This document shows positions 1-16,280 of a stretch of DNA of 64,000 nucleotides, piece by piece; within the stretch, counting starts at the first letter, position 1; every line of letters begins with the position of its first letter. Where the stretch lies: the NCBI RefSeq assembly GCF_000150275.1, contig NW_002060943.1:5104008-5168007 (forward strand), written 5' to 3'. The position numbers and the translations under genes were made by a program. A model generated the notes under the pieces. The model was given only the letters and a program-made list of their open reading frames with translations. It ran no database searches and had not been told where the DNA came from. The stretch comes from Trichoplax adhaerens. Taxonomy: Eukaryota; Animalia; Placozoa.

Positions 1-102
1 GTAAATCAAAGGACGCAATTTTCTATAAGTAAGTTGAATATAAAAGTCATTTACAGATAGAGCGTCTTATAAATACACAATGGCGAAGATAATTATATTG
101 AC

Positions 103-2585
103 CTTGCTAGACCCTTTAGCGAGATACATGACTTTAAAGGTTGTCTCAAAGATGGCCCTAAAGCAAATTTTACCGTCACGGTCTTTCAAGGTATAATTTC
201 CTTTCGACAATGTAGGGGTAGGTGTTGGATGTTTAGGGGCTGTTGTCGGGTGACTATGCGTAGCAGATGACATTGGCGGTTCCATAGTTCCCGTGGCCAT
301 GACTTCGTCCATATTGTTTTCATCTAATGCTATATCTTGGCCGTACAATACGGGAATAACGGCTAAGACAACTGTAAAGCAAGAGTATAATTATGAGATT
401 TGAAATCTATTATTATCTTAGCGTCATGGAAGCATAGTACTTAAAAAGTCTTCAACTAAATCAACAGGGACATAAAATGATACGCATAGTATAAATGATT
501 AAGACTAAGTCAATGTTCTCTATAGCAATGTAATATTATCCAATTTTTAGCGTGAAAATGTGACCATATTTTCTACTAAACCTACTACTGTATACCCAGT
601 TAATACGGTATATTAAATACAATGGTATCGCATTAAAATAACTCAATGAAAAGATATACGAAACATATTTACTTAGATAAAGACAAAGAAATAATTCTGT
701 GAGTCTAAATAATTATCTGCAACATTCATCAATTCATAATTGTAGAATTATAACGTAGCAACAATTCGAATGTGCCGCATGTGCTAAATTGCCAACACAA
801 GTTAATATTAATTATTATATAACGAGTATCTTTCAAGATTTCTAGTAAAGTACACTTTTTAACCCAATCATAAATGAACCAATCAATGCAGGTCTTTTTT
901 AAATAACCATTGCCTAGTTCATTGCGTGATTTCGTTGTATCGACGCCTAACTGACTCAATAAAAAATATACTTGAAGGGATTTTCATTACGGATCATTCG
1001 ATGAATGCTGTTACAGTCCTGTAAATGATAGTCACAGGACTGTATATCAATGATCATCACTACTTTTAAACTCTTTCTGTAATGAATGACATGGACAAGA
1101 GATCGAAATGAGAAATCGACTGTCCATAGCTTGTTACTCTTGCTAGTACTTGCTAGTAACAGTGATTTATTGATGACCAATCAAGTATTCCAATTTTTAA
1201 AATTCAAAAACTAGTCAACCTCAACATTTTCTAAATCTTAATTTAGATCAAGTCTAATATGGTATACTTTTATTTAGAGGTACTTTTTAAAGCAAAACTA
1301 GTAAGCCAGGTGCTATTCCCATTACCTAATGTAAATCACAAATAGTAGTCGTTTTCTTGCTGAAACAGTATTATGAAATTGGCATCATGGTATTAGTACA
1401 AGCATTCTCCAATCGATCGTGTTGTGAAATCTGAAGTATTGGTAAGAAAAACTAGCTTGTGCTGATATGAACGACACTATTTATATTATAGCATCTCTTT
1501 TATGCGATGGAAAAATGGAATCGAATTCGGGTTCAATACAGAAACTGGATTACTTAATCTTTCATGAATAAATCAATGTAGTATATATATAATCCATGGC
1601 TTTAGCGATGATCGCGAGTCCAGCCAGACACTGTTCTTGGACATGACACGTGAAAGGCGAAGTACTGTAGTATGGCCCGACACGCTGAGTACTGTAGTAT
1701 ATGGTACAGTGAGCACTAGAAGGCATCGGTCCAGTTTGCGTAACGGCGGGTCAACGAAATCACAGCGAACAGCAGGGAGGGCTCTACTGTACTGTACTGT
1801 ACTGTACAGTACAGTACTATAAGTTGTGCTAACAGACTACAGTACTACGCACTGTACAGTACAGTACACAGTGCAATGTTGTCAAGTTCCAGATTTACGG
1901 CAATGAGAGTTGGTGTCTTTTTTTCACTGACCCATTTCATTGAAGTGGAATAAAATTGAGATCAATTTGTGCAGTCTATTGCCATCTATTTCTATGATTT
2001 AGAGCTAACAACTATAGCTTTCCACGATTTAATTAGGTTCAAAAGTATTCAAAATCAAACTGAAGCAGGGCTTTCTTTCGCAGATTATTTTCAACATGGA
2101 CACTGCATATTCTTAGTTGCTGTTAACAAACGATATTTTGCAGTACAATAGTATCCGTGTATGTAAAAGTTACTACGTCATGATCTGATCACACTACATA
2201 TCACTTTGCATGGAGCGCAGTCTATGGCAAAGACATTCTACGAATCGGGGCTCTGCTTCCTAACGACTAATTTACCACACACAAAATTGCCCAATTTCAA
2301 ATATACTCGCAACTAGCAATATCTACTACTGATAATCAGGAAGAAACCGTCACGGTTAACAGCATGTCTACTTCGTACAGTTGCATTTATGTACGAGCGT
2401 ATCTTGAAAAAGCGTAATGGAAAAGGAAGGACTGCTTAATAGGTTCAAAAATGATCAAGCCATTTTGAATACAGCTTCTGTTGTATTCAAAATTAACCTG
2501 TCATCTATATACTGACTTTATTTGAATAGTAGCAGCGATTATTGAACTTACCAATAAGAAAAGTAGAAATTTTGAAGGAAGACAT
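103..2585 (-). CDS. LAMP-family lysosome-associated membrane glycoprotein, N-terminal part (gene continues past window start)
   Basis: Exon 1 2585-2552 (ATG..G|gtaag) splices in phase to exon 2 371-103 (acag|..AAG|gt). This gives a signal peptide MSSFKISTFLIVVLAVIPVLYG, a Pro/Thr-rich mucin-like hinge, then GNYTLKDRDGKICFRAIFETTFKVMY, typical of the first strands of a LAMP luminal domain. The paralogue cannot be assigned. Confidence 0.72.
1661..1875. promoter_or_regulatory. ACAGT/ACTGT cluster in a GC-enriched island inside LAMP intron 1 (promoter-like)
   Basis: e.g. ctactgtactgtactgtactgtacagtacagtac at ~1784-1817; same signature as at bona fide gene starts in this window. Confidence 0.45.
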
Positions 2586-2924
2586 TTTGAGCAACTTCGG
2601 GATCTGGATGGATTAATACGTAATGCGGTATGAGCAGAAGATGATCGAAAAGACGGCTACGTCCCCGGGAGAAAACGGACAATGTAGCACAGTAACAATC
2701 GATACCGTAATGGGCTGTATTTACAGTACTTTGCAGTGTACTATACAGTACAATACGCTTCGTGTTTCTCAAGTAAAAGTGTGATGAAAAATAGCAAAGA
2801 TTTTATTGGCTGAGCGGAATAAGGAAACAACGAGAATAATGACGCTACCAATCTCTCTATTGGCTACTGCTGCGATAGTAGTGACGTTATCTCGTTATTA
2901 TTAGAAGCCCGGTTATCACACTGT

Positions 2925-3080
2925 GAATGTACAGTACCAAGACTTGGGGCAATTTTGTTCAGTACTGTACAGTACAGTACAATGTACAGTACACAGTACA
3001 GTACGATGAAATTATGTGGTAGCGGTACCGGGATGGACCGGAATACTTCGTACTGTATCGTAACAAAAGTGTCACATGAT
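2925..3080. promoter_or_regulatory. ACAGT/ACTGT cluster upstream of the LAMP start, plus an M-box/CLEAR-like GTCACATGAT (3071-3080)
   Basis: agtactgtacagtacagtacaatgtacagtacacagtacagtac at ~2961-3004, about 400 nt 5' of the LAMP ATG. Confidence 0.55.
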
Positions 3081-4526
3081 TAACATGAGAAGTTGTTGAG
3101 GTTGAACATCACTTTATTTCTGGGTCCATCATAATTATTATTAACCACATCCAAAAGTATTGCTATTTCGATGGGTTGATGGTTTCATTGGGCAAAGGAG
3201 GTCTGAAGTCTGATTAGTACTCGTTTTCCTAGATGATCCGATATCTGATCAATTCATTGGGGGTAAAATGATTTCAATTATTGAGAGAATAATTAGTAGA
3301 ATCCCCTCTGTTACCCAAGGGATCTCGAAACTGAATGATATTCTAAGTTCGAAACATACAGTACTGTAATACAGTATGAAATAATCCAATCGCCCAACGA
3401 ATCGCGCGAATCGTACAGTATCAGTGCAGTTTAGATTTTACGCTGTTCATGGATTTGGCAATGAACAGTACTTACTCTGTTTCATTCATGGATTCTAGCT
3501 AGGCTCTTGACGCAACATAATGTACACTGTGTACAGTAGTGTGTTGCAAAGATTTAATTTGATTACCTGCTAATTTGCAACGAGTAAAGTGCAGTGATGT
3601 ACTTGGATCGACACTGCTAGTTACTGCGACAATGTAGATCCTATCTCTTTTACAGCTTATTAAACGGATTTAGCTAATGTTAATATACGAATATTCGTTG
3701 AAAATTAAAAATAAGAAATTATTATGATGTCATCGAAAAAATTGACGTTAGTTTTGTTACTCATTTTTTAAAAAATACAGTAGAGTACTGTATACTGATA
3801 TCGATACAACGTCGTAACAACATGCATACGTACTAGAGCGCGGTAAAAGCATAAACGTACGTACTGTACATTAGTAAAATGGTAATCATGGCGAATGGAA
3901 GGATGATTGACTTACGCAGCATGGAGGTTGTACGTATTGTGGGAGCAGCAGATACAAATAACAAAACATTCCATAGAACGGTACTCGAGTATACTGACTT
4001 TGTAGCTCTTAATTTGACATCAGATTAGACGAGTAGATTCGTCAGTGTTTATTTACTCAGATGTTTTACAATATACGTAATTGCTTATTATTTGAGGTTA
4101 TATGCACGTAGCTTATTACGATGTTTGTGAAAATATTATTAAGAGTTTATAACAAGAGCGTGAGCTATTTTCATATTTACCACGTTATTCATGATGCATG
4201 ATTCATCAATCATCGTACTGCATCTTAACGGTGTATCGCTATCGATGCTGATTCAAATGCATATCAATTTTAGCACTGGTCAATGACAAAATTAGACTTT
4301 AGAGCTGGATATCAGCTGCAACATAAGACCTCAATATTAAGATTTAAGATTTTGTAATAGTCGAGATGAGTTAAACAGTACTGATTTCCATGTACTGTAC
4401 TGTACACTTACCCAGTACTCGTATATAAATTTTAGCATTACTGCATGGCGAATCTGGAGTTAGATCACCGTCTAGGCCAGCATCTATAAACGTGGTACAG
4501 TATCATAAAGATTACTGAGCTTAAGA

Positions 4527-4669
4527 TTAACTTGACGTCGACATTAACATGTCCTTGTTTACATAAAGTATCGCGAGCCAGATTCTGCTATTATGTTACC
4601 GGTTAACTTGACATTAACGTGTAGCCCATTTACGTAAAGTATCACAAGCGGGATTCGGCTATTATGATA
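4527..4669. repeat. Diverged direct duplication (~70-76 bp unit, 2 copies)
   Basis: ttaacttgac..acattaac..tttacataaagtatc..gattctgctattatg recurs as ttaacttgacattaac..tttacgtaaagtatc..gattcggctattatg. Confidence 0.6.
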
Positions 4670-5288
4670 GCAGGTAATGTATATCAAGTCTTGACGGGGT
4701 AGTAGGTTGCAATCGATATTGATTGCAACTTGCAGTGGCATCTTTTATTTGCAATCTGTACAAGACATAACCACTCATCAAGCTTACGCTTCCACCAGTG
4801 TTGTACAGTACGTTAATTGAAATAGAGATACTGTACGATACAGAGCGTTATAAAGCCCTTGTAACATTCATATTGTAAATAAATTAAATTTTGCGAGGTA
4901 AGATAATTTCAAACTTGAAAGGATTGTTTAGGCTTTGCCCTCGACTAAAATTTGTCTTAAATAGTTAATTAATAATTATTAACACTGTACAGTACTTCTC
5001 TCTACCACAGTCCTTCTGTCCTTCCACTCCTTCGCCGCTGAGCAAGTTTTAGTTTTGAGTAATCCCCGCCTTGGCATTCGTTAGTTAAACGTTGCCTACG
5101 GATACAGACGACTGACCGTTACAGTGCAGTCCATGATACAGTAGTAACGGTACTATAGAAAATCCATTAGTTTGTTCATCATAGCCGTAGCCAGGGGTTA
5201 CTAAAATGACCAGGACTCTCAGAAATCTATAGTAGTTGTGTACTGTACTGATCAGTTTCATAATAACGCATGCGTGTCACCAAGCAAG

Positions 5289-8200
5289 ATGGCTGCCAAT
5301 ACAGCATGTTCTGATGAAATTAAGGTGTGATATAAAGGAAACTGTACTCTGATTTTATATTTTCATGCTTTACTCTGATATCTTAATCTTAAAGCACAAT
5401 AGACATGTATAGCGGTGTCACTTAATTGACTGACAATGTTGATTATAACTATATTTATGGTAGAATGCAGTTAAAAAGAAAGTGCTTGAATTCGATGCTT
5501 ATATTGGTATGTATCTGAACGTGTATGAATGATAGTGGATATTCAGTGTATATTATTATATATATGTAATTGCTCAGCGATAGCTTGCAATCTATTAGTC
5601 TAGAACTGAATGAGATGCTTGAATATAGTACTGTATATTGCAGTGCTGGGCTAGAACAACAGGCTTCGGAATTAGCATCTATTTGAATAATTTAAATTTA
5701 TTTAAACTACTATAAAACATTATCTACGAATTGTTATAATGTGCAGAAAAGCGAGGATTAGGTATAGTGATTAGTCTATAGTCAAAGATGATAGAATTGG
5801 TATCATATTTGTTGTTAATGCTATCATAGACTGTGCATGTCTTAAAAAGGGTGAACCATAATAAAATCGTATTAGTAAACATTAGTAATGTTCTTGTTTC
5901 TATTTAGATGATGAATTAGTAGAGTACATCATGGTTATGATTGCCAATAAAAAGACTCAGGATAAAATGACAGAAGATCTCGAACTATTCCTCGGAGATA
6001 ATAGTATATTATTTGTTCAATGGTACGTACGTTTATATGACAAGATGAAACGTTTAAATGGACATAACTTCATCAAATAAATTCTTACACTTAGGCGTTT
6101 AGACAATCTATCGATAGTATAGATGTCATCGTCTACAGTGCTACATACAGTATTATATACGTTTGCACAGCCGTATGCATTACCTGCGATATCAACTGAT
6201 ATCAACTTCATCACGTAGCTTCTATTGATGTAATCTCGTCGATTCACGTCTTTTTTTATTATAAACTAATGCAAATTTTTTGCTAATACATGCTCATTAG
6301 GCTATTTGAATATATGGAGAATGAATCAAAAGGTACCGTCGTATCAAAAACATCAGCAAGTTTATCATGTCTACTGCTTAGATAGCAATGCCTTGCTTAT
6401 TCTGTAATAAGGACAGATTATATTTTACATACGTTTGCTATGATTGAAAGAAATTTAGATTATTTTTTCATCTAAAAAGTAAAAATATTATGACTTTCTT
6501 TATCGAAAGTTTCCTTGTATATTCAGTAAGCAGAGTAACTTGCAGCTTGTCGTATGTTAAGATAGGGTTATGATTAAACATGCACTACAATACCGGTGAA
6601 ATGCTTGGAGAGATTTAAAATTTGACTGATCGCAAAAACAATTGCATACACAGATATACAAATTATCCAAACTGCACCTATTAAAGTGCGAATTGATTGT
6701 AGCTTGTATCATAATTCTGATATCGATAATACATGAATATAATTCGTATTTAACTGGCTAAATGCGTATGCGAGATGTGGTGACGGTTACTTCAGATATG
6801 CTTTAGATCATTTCTATAAGTAACGAATGTTACATTATTTCATAATAATATAGGGCAAATAACCAAACCTAAGGATGAAAAGAAAGATCCAAAATCAAAG
6901 CAAGCAGTTGAGGAAGAAGCTGTCATTTCTATCCAACCTGAACCAGCAGATTTTGAGGAGATTGGAGTTAAACGTGTTGACCCTGTAACTAATGTGTCGT
7001 CGTCTATAAAAGGTGCTGATTCTAAGAAGGATCCACTTAGCAGATTTTATTGACGATGAAAATTTATAATTAATCAGCAAAATTGACTAGCATAATTTAA
7101 TCCTTATTATAAGATAGCATTGTATGACATATGAAATAATTCAAGATTTCTTGACTGCCTTACAGCGACTGTAGGATTTACAAAAGGCAACAAAAGAAAG
7201 CTTTCTGAAAACAATCATCACGCGTCTAGTGCTACTACCGTAAAGAAATTTGATCACAATAAAGAACCTTCGTTAAGTCCTTCTATTAAAAAAGTTCGAA
7301 GGGAAAGAGATGTAACAACTGATAAACAACGCCCAAAATCAAGTGTTCTTAAAGTGATCAGGTAGTGATTATCTCAGTTCTTCGAGCTATCTTCTACTAA
7401 AGCTATAGCAAGTAAGAGTTTATTAATTATAAGATTAAATTATTAAAATTTTGGTAGGCCTAGACCTCAAATTCCTTCTAGCAAGCAGGCTTCTAGAAAG
7501 TTACTAAGTCGAGCAGTTAAAGATGCCTTCCATTCACTCTCCCATAATGAATCTGATATTCAAATGAGTCGTGAGAAACGTAATTGTAGCTCGATATACT
7601 GATAAAAGAAACAATAGATACTGGATAAGCTCGTTATGTTTAATTGTATCCTGGTATTGACTGAAAATTTATATTTATTTTTAGCGCCTGTGAACAAGGA
7701 AATTATTCAGGAAGAATTAAGTGAAGAAGAGCAACATCGTCAGTTAGTCAAAAAATACGATGAAATGCGTGAGAAGCGCGATAGAGAAGAAAGCTTGAAA
7801 TTATTTCCGAATTTGAATGTTAATCCTGTCGAAAATAGAAATATTGATTTAAGAAATGTCGTACAATCATTGCGTAAAGATAAAATTCAACATTCTATCA
7901 ATAGTTCTGATTTAGAAGGCAATCCGACCATTTCGATATCGTACGTTTAGTTGATATCAGCATATGTATACACTTATGGATTCTATATTCCGTTATCACT
8001 GAAAATTCTTAAATCTTTAACCGTAATATATGGATTTTGTTGATTTTTAGTCCCTCTAGGAGTGTAACAGCTATTAATAACAGAAATGACAAATCTGTAT
8101 TTGAAAAACCTGCTTTAGATGATCGTAAAGTTAGTCCTGTAGACGTAAACCCTAACAATTCAGTTATACGAAGAAGTGTACGGGAGAGGCTGGGTTTTTC

Positions 8201-9366
8201 CTCAAATAAGAATGTTAAAGATACTGACGTTTCTAGTAATAAAAGTATATTTGAAAGACTTGGAAAAGTAGTAGGAGAAGCTGAAGATGTGAACGATAAT
8301 GAAAACTCGGATAAAGGTGAGGTATTGTGATGTGGCTACACATTATTTTGTCAATAATTGGAGACTGTCTAACAAAATTTAATTGAGTTTCTGAGAGCAA
8401 GGGTTTTTTGGTTGTACTATTGATTAATAATAACGCAACTATAGCCTTTTAGCTTAAAATTGCATATTTTATTTGTTTTCAGCTACAGAGCGATGTAGAT
8501 TCTGGCCAATTTGTAAAAACATGGATCAATGCGATTATTTACATCCAACAATTCCTTGCAGGTTTATGCTAGCTTATAATTTATTATAAGGACCTATTCA
8601 AACCACCATAATGTATGTTACTAATCTAGAAAATTTACATTTTTAATCTAGAAATTTTCCTAGGTGTACATTCGGCAATAAATGTATTTATGTTCATCCT
8701 AAATGTAAATATGATGGAAAGTAGGTTTTAATATTTAATAGCAACTTAAGGTCTTTATATATAAACAACTTGTATAAGTTTGCAATTCAAAATTGATATC
8801 TTTAACTCCTAAATATTCAGTATTGTGTCATTCTTTATACAGATGTAATAAGTCTGCCTGTCCTTACGTACATTTCTTACCTCAAATCGTCAGTCCGTTT
8901 GGTAATATCATATTCACGTATATCATACAAAAAAACTATTTTGTATCAATGTTACTGATATTAGAAGTTGTATACTAGTTTTATATTAATGGCCATTTTT
9001 TACGGAATAGTTGAGATTAAGCCAGCTGGAGCTAAGACAAGATCCACACCTGTAAGTAGTGTATATTTATGAGTGTTGAGACACGATAATCATTATTCAT
9101 TCTGTAAAGTACTTACATTCTACATTTATAATTGAAAGTCGATTGGAAATGCGTCAAAGTATACATGGAGAGCACCATCAGTAAACATACCGTAAGTTTT
9201 TATTGTTCTTATGTGGGAAACTCATAGATAAATGCTTTAGAGTCCTTTTTTATGGGGACTGATTTTATCATAATGTTCGCTTTATTAAAATTTTATCTTT
9301 AGTGATAATGCAGCCAAATCCGTCATAAATAAACCCGCAGACACTGAACCACAACTACTTTCTTGA
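5289..9366 (+). CDS. ZC3H14: Zinc finger CCCH domain-containing protein 14 (Nab2 orthologue, poly(A) RNA-binding), multi-exon
   Basis: Spliced N-terminal PWI-like domain MAANTACSDEIK/NAVKKKVLEFDAYI/DDELVEYIMVMIANKKTQDKMTEDLELFLGDNSILFVQW. C-terminal tandem CCCH fingers ERCRFWPICKNMDQCDYLHP-TIPCRNFPRCTFGNKCIYVHP-KCKYDGKCNKSACPYVH. Stop TGA at 9364-9366. Confidence 0.92.
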
Positions 9367-11449
9367 AATTTATGATTAAAGTTAGTAATTTATAAATAAA
9401 AAATTTATAATAATTCTATATTTTTCACCGTTGCTACCGTTGAAAATACTGTGTGCAAATTTCGTTATAATGTCAAACCGAAATTTCCAAAAAAATTTGG
9501 AATGTCTGTTTCTGGAAAAAACTACACCATCATAGTACTAAGATTCGGTATTCCTCAATTATATCGAAAGTAATAGCTTTCGGCAATTAATCGGTAGTAT
9601 AGCATTACTGCATCCGGGATCATCATGAAGATTATTTCTAATATGCAATTGTAGAACCATAATTATCATTAAAAAGTATAGCTTTTACGTATTGCCACGT
9701 AAAAACATAAGATTTTATTATTGAAAAGCATCAAGTGTTTGTAACATTTTCATATTTGTACCAAACTGTTTAATGTTAGTATACCGTATTTCTGCAGCAA
9801 TACATGTATGTTGGTCAAGTGATTGATCATAATACCCGGTTATCAATTGAAACAATTCAATTTTAATTTAGTATTGGTGATTTATCGAATCCTTTACTTT
9901 ATAAAAAATCTAAATACATTAACATAGCAGTAGCATGAATCATGATAACAATTTTAATTATTCAACTGTTCCGTTGATCACAACTTGTACAAGTGATGAA
10001 TCTACGTAAGCTGTGCAGTGTACTTATATATAAAGCCTTGTTTTGTACTTTATGCAATCATAGAAATGCATACATACGAATACATCAACAGCAGAAAATA
10101 AACTGTCTTGATATAATACGGCCTAGTCTATCATGTTTCTTGAAATGCTTTAATTAAATGTAACATTGGGGTCATGGTTGAAACGTACATGTGATACTAC
10201 GACAATCATCTACCTTAGCTCATTATGGTGTAATAAGCATGCAAAACTTTTGGGTAATAGGTATTGCACATGTTACTGTGTAGTATTTTATCCCCAATTT
10301 TAATTTATTGGAACAAATCTATATTAAGTAATAAAATTACCCTATCACGTGAGAGAAGTATTTACATGTACACACTGCATACGTAAAGTAGTGTTATACT
10401 GGTACACGTACATCGCCGTATTAAGTTTTCTTATTAGCATGAGATACAGCATGCATTATTCTTTATGCTACACATAGGCCTATTTGTAATTACAAAATTG
10501 AATCTTTAAACCTAAGTACTGCACGTACAGTAGTTATAATTTTTCAAGACTGTAATCAATTTCACTTCCGCGGCACATTCATAATCACTGAAGCATTTAC
10601 TGCTATTATGTAGTTACAAAACATGATCCATGGTCTTCTATTAAATGCTACGTATCATTTTATTAAATATATTCGTATAACCATTTGAACAATACGGCAC
10701 GATGTGATAAAGTCTAGTTATGGCAATCATTTGATGACGTGTTATAAAATGATATCTGTGACAAAACAGCATAGGAGCATCATAACATTAACAACATTTC
10801 ATAACGGGCTATACATTTACAAAAAATTATTAATGATAATTAATTGTCACGAATAATTATTGAGAACAGGCCGAATACATAATATACCATATAACAATTG
10901 ATAAGAGATGATTCTAATCTAAGCAGTATTTGATACTGCATAGAGGACAAAGATAGCAATTAGCAATTCATGAACGTAGTAAGAGTAATTATATGAATAA
11001 TTAGGTTTCAAATATAGAATATAATATGAGATCCATAGTGAGAAATTAACTACTTGCAATCATATAATTTGGTGTAGAAATTAGTATTATACATGTATAC
11101 GGCTTTAAATAACTAGTCTTACAAGACTACTATAGGCTTCAAAATGATACTTCTGTACATCAGAATAAACAGATGTTGATACAAAAAATAATTAGAATTA
11201 ATCGAATGCTTTTTCATCAAGATAAACCTTTAGCCAAAGTCATATCAACGAACTGTATAAATAAAGCATAAATTGCAACATACCGAGCATCATAGATAAA
11301 TGCACACCGTAATGAATATAAAGTACAGTCGTGCCGATACTGCAGTACGAGCACGTTTACTCAATTTGTGGACTATAGTAATAGCTGAGTATTGCTATAT
11401 CAGCTACAATATATAACATTACCATTCGTAAAGAAAATCTAACATCATC

Positions 11450-14380
<2,931 letters not shown>

Positions 14381-15117
14381 TTTGCTTGTTGCTGATAATA
14401 TTATTGGATAAGTGCATTGAAAATATTGTCCGTTATAGAATTTTGTGACCGTAATATGAAAACAGTTGTAGCCAATCCCCCAACGTTGGACGTAATATAA
14501 TAATAACAATCAATTTTATAAAAGTGAATTTTCTAGTTTCTATTGGAGTTGACTGTCTCTCAATTTTCTTGCTTTCCAATTTTCTTCACACTCGCCAACT
14601 AGATGATGCCAAGGCAAATCGTTTGTCCAAATTGCTCACGGATAACGTGGAATCGATGTCGACTAAAAGGCTTTCCTTTGGATGCTCTATCGGTTAGTAT
14701 CGATTCAAAGATGACACAATAACGATAGTAAGACAAGCAGTTTGTATTTTTATCTCCTTTCAAGCGTTTACTGGTCAATTTTTACTGTGTTTAAGTACAA
14801 TCTTGGTGTTGATGGAGTCGACTGTTAGCCGGCCATGACAGTTTTGGCTCTTTTTTCTTCCTTCTGACTATTCCTCTATATGCTGACGACAACCCGTTGA
14901 CGGATGGCCTAGAATACCTCTCGCGGCCAGTACTGAATGCGTCATATTGTCCCAAGCTTGGCATGACTGCGCTTGCCCATTTTACTCTGGCCTACTTGCT
15001 GTATCGTGTTTAGAATGGCTCTCAGTGAAAGTTAATTACACTCGCCTTGGCCACAGTAGCGTCTAACCGCCGAGAGTCGACCTTCTCTGTTGTTTACATG
15101 TCATGGTGAAGCTTCCT

Positions 15118-15185
15118 CTACAGTGCAATGTACTGTATCTTGGATTGTGCGCGTCAAGTACTGTACTGTACACTGTAGACTGTCC
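15118..15185. promoter_or_regulatory. ACAGT/ACTGT cluster at the presumed PAK promoter
   Basis: aagtactgtactgtacactgtagactgt; lies between the GC-richer PAK leader and the 115-bp array. Confidence 0.5.
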
Positions 15186-15238
15186 TCAGTTCCATCAGAT
15201 ACAGCCAGACAGAGAGGCGGAAATTGCCGACATCAGAC

Positions 15239-16035
15239 AGCCTGATAGAGGTGACATGGGTTAGTAGTACTCTAGTCATCAATCCATCAAAGTCGGTTAT
15301 TAAAAATGGTGGTCATAGTTTTGTCTGTCTTCTACTGTATATATGTATAGCCTGATATACAGTAGGTAACATGGGCTAGTAGTATTCTAGTCGTCAATCC
15401 ATCAAAGTCGGTTATTAAAAATGGTGGCCATAGTTTTGTCTGTCTTCTACTGTATATATGTATAGCCTGATATACAGTAGGTAACATGGGCTAGTAGTAT
15501 TCTAGTCATCAATCCATCAAAGTCGGTTACTAAAAATGGTGGTCACAGTTTTGTCTGTCTTCTACTGTATATGTATAGCCTGATATACAGTAGGTAACAT
15601 GGGCTAGTAGTACTATAGTCATCAATCCATCAAAGTCGGTTACTAAAAATGGTGGTCACAGTTTTGTCTGTCTTCTACTGTATAATGTATATGTATGGCC
15701 TGATAAACAGTAGGTAACATGGCTAGTAGTATTATAGTCATCAATCCATCAAAGTCGGTTACTAAAAATGGTGGTCACAGTTTTGTCTGTCTTCTACTGT
15801 ATAATGTATATGTATGGCCTGATAAACAGTAGGTAACATGGCTAGTAGTATTATAGTCATCAATCCATCAAAGTCGGTTATTAAAAATGGTGGTCACAGT
15901 TTTGTCTGTCTTCTACTGTACTGTACTGTATAAATGTATATGTATTGATTTATAACCTGATGCAGGTAACATGGGCCGGTAGTACCATAGTCATCAATCC
16001 ATCAAAGTCGGCTATTAATGGTGGTTCTACTGTAT
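15239..16035. repeat. Minisatellite array A, ~113-119 bp unit, ~7 copies (last degenerate)
   Basis: The (a/g)tcaatccatcaaagtcgg anchor recurs at 15278, 15393, 15508, 15621, 15740, 15859 and 15993. Confidence 0.95.
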
Positions 16036-16072
16036 ATGGATTGATTTATATCCAAGGATTCGTAGTTCATTC

Positions 16073-16280
16073 AAAAATGACTCCTCCAATTCGACCACTC
16101 AGTCTATTAGTGGTCTTCATAGTCTTCACCTTAATAAGCAGATACCTGAAATTCCATCCTACTCTTGGTGATGGACCAAGAGTCGCGACGGAATTTCCGC
16201 CATCTGCTTTCTGATGGTGAAGGCTACACCACTTTTTTAACCCTAGTGATACTGTCTGATAGTTCAGAATAGACCAGTGC
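16073..16280 (-). ncRNA. Candidate ~205-nt structured stand-alone RNA (Pol III type-3-like layout), family unknown
   Basis: Nested helices: 16161-69/16175-83 (9 bp perfect), 16148-58/16187-97, 16136-43/16202-09, 16119-30/16216-27, and a closing helix 16096-108/16268-79. Several mismatches resolve as G-U pairs on the minus strand. TTTTATAA at -31..-24 (16311-16304) and TTTTT at 16077-16073. Confidence 0.5.

Noticed and set aside
14381-14509. N-terminal extension of the PAK ORF from TTG 14509
   Set aside because: Non-ATG start and non-homologous sequence; the ATG at 14380 places the CRIB near the N-terminus as in group II PAKs.
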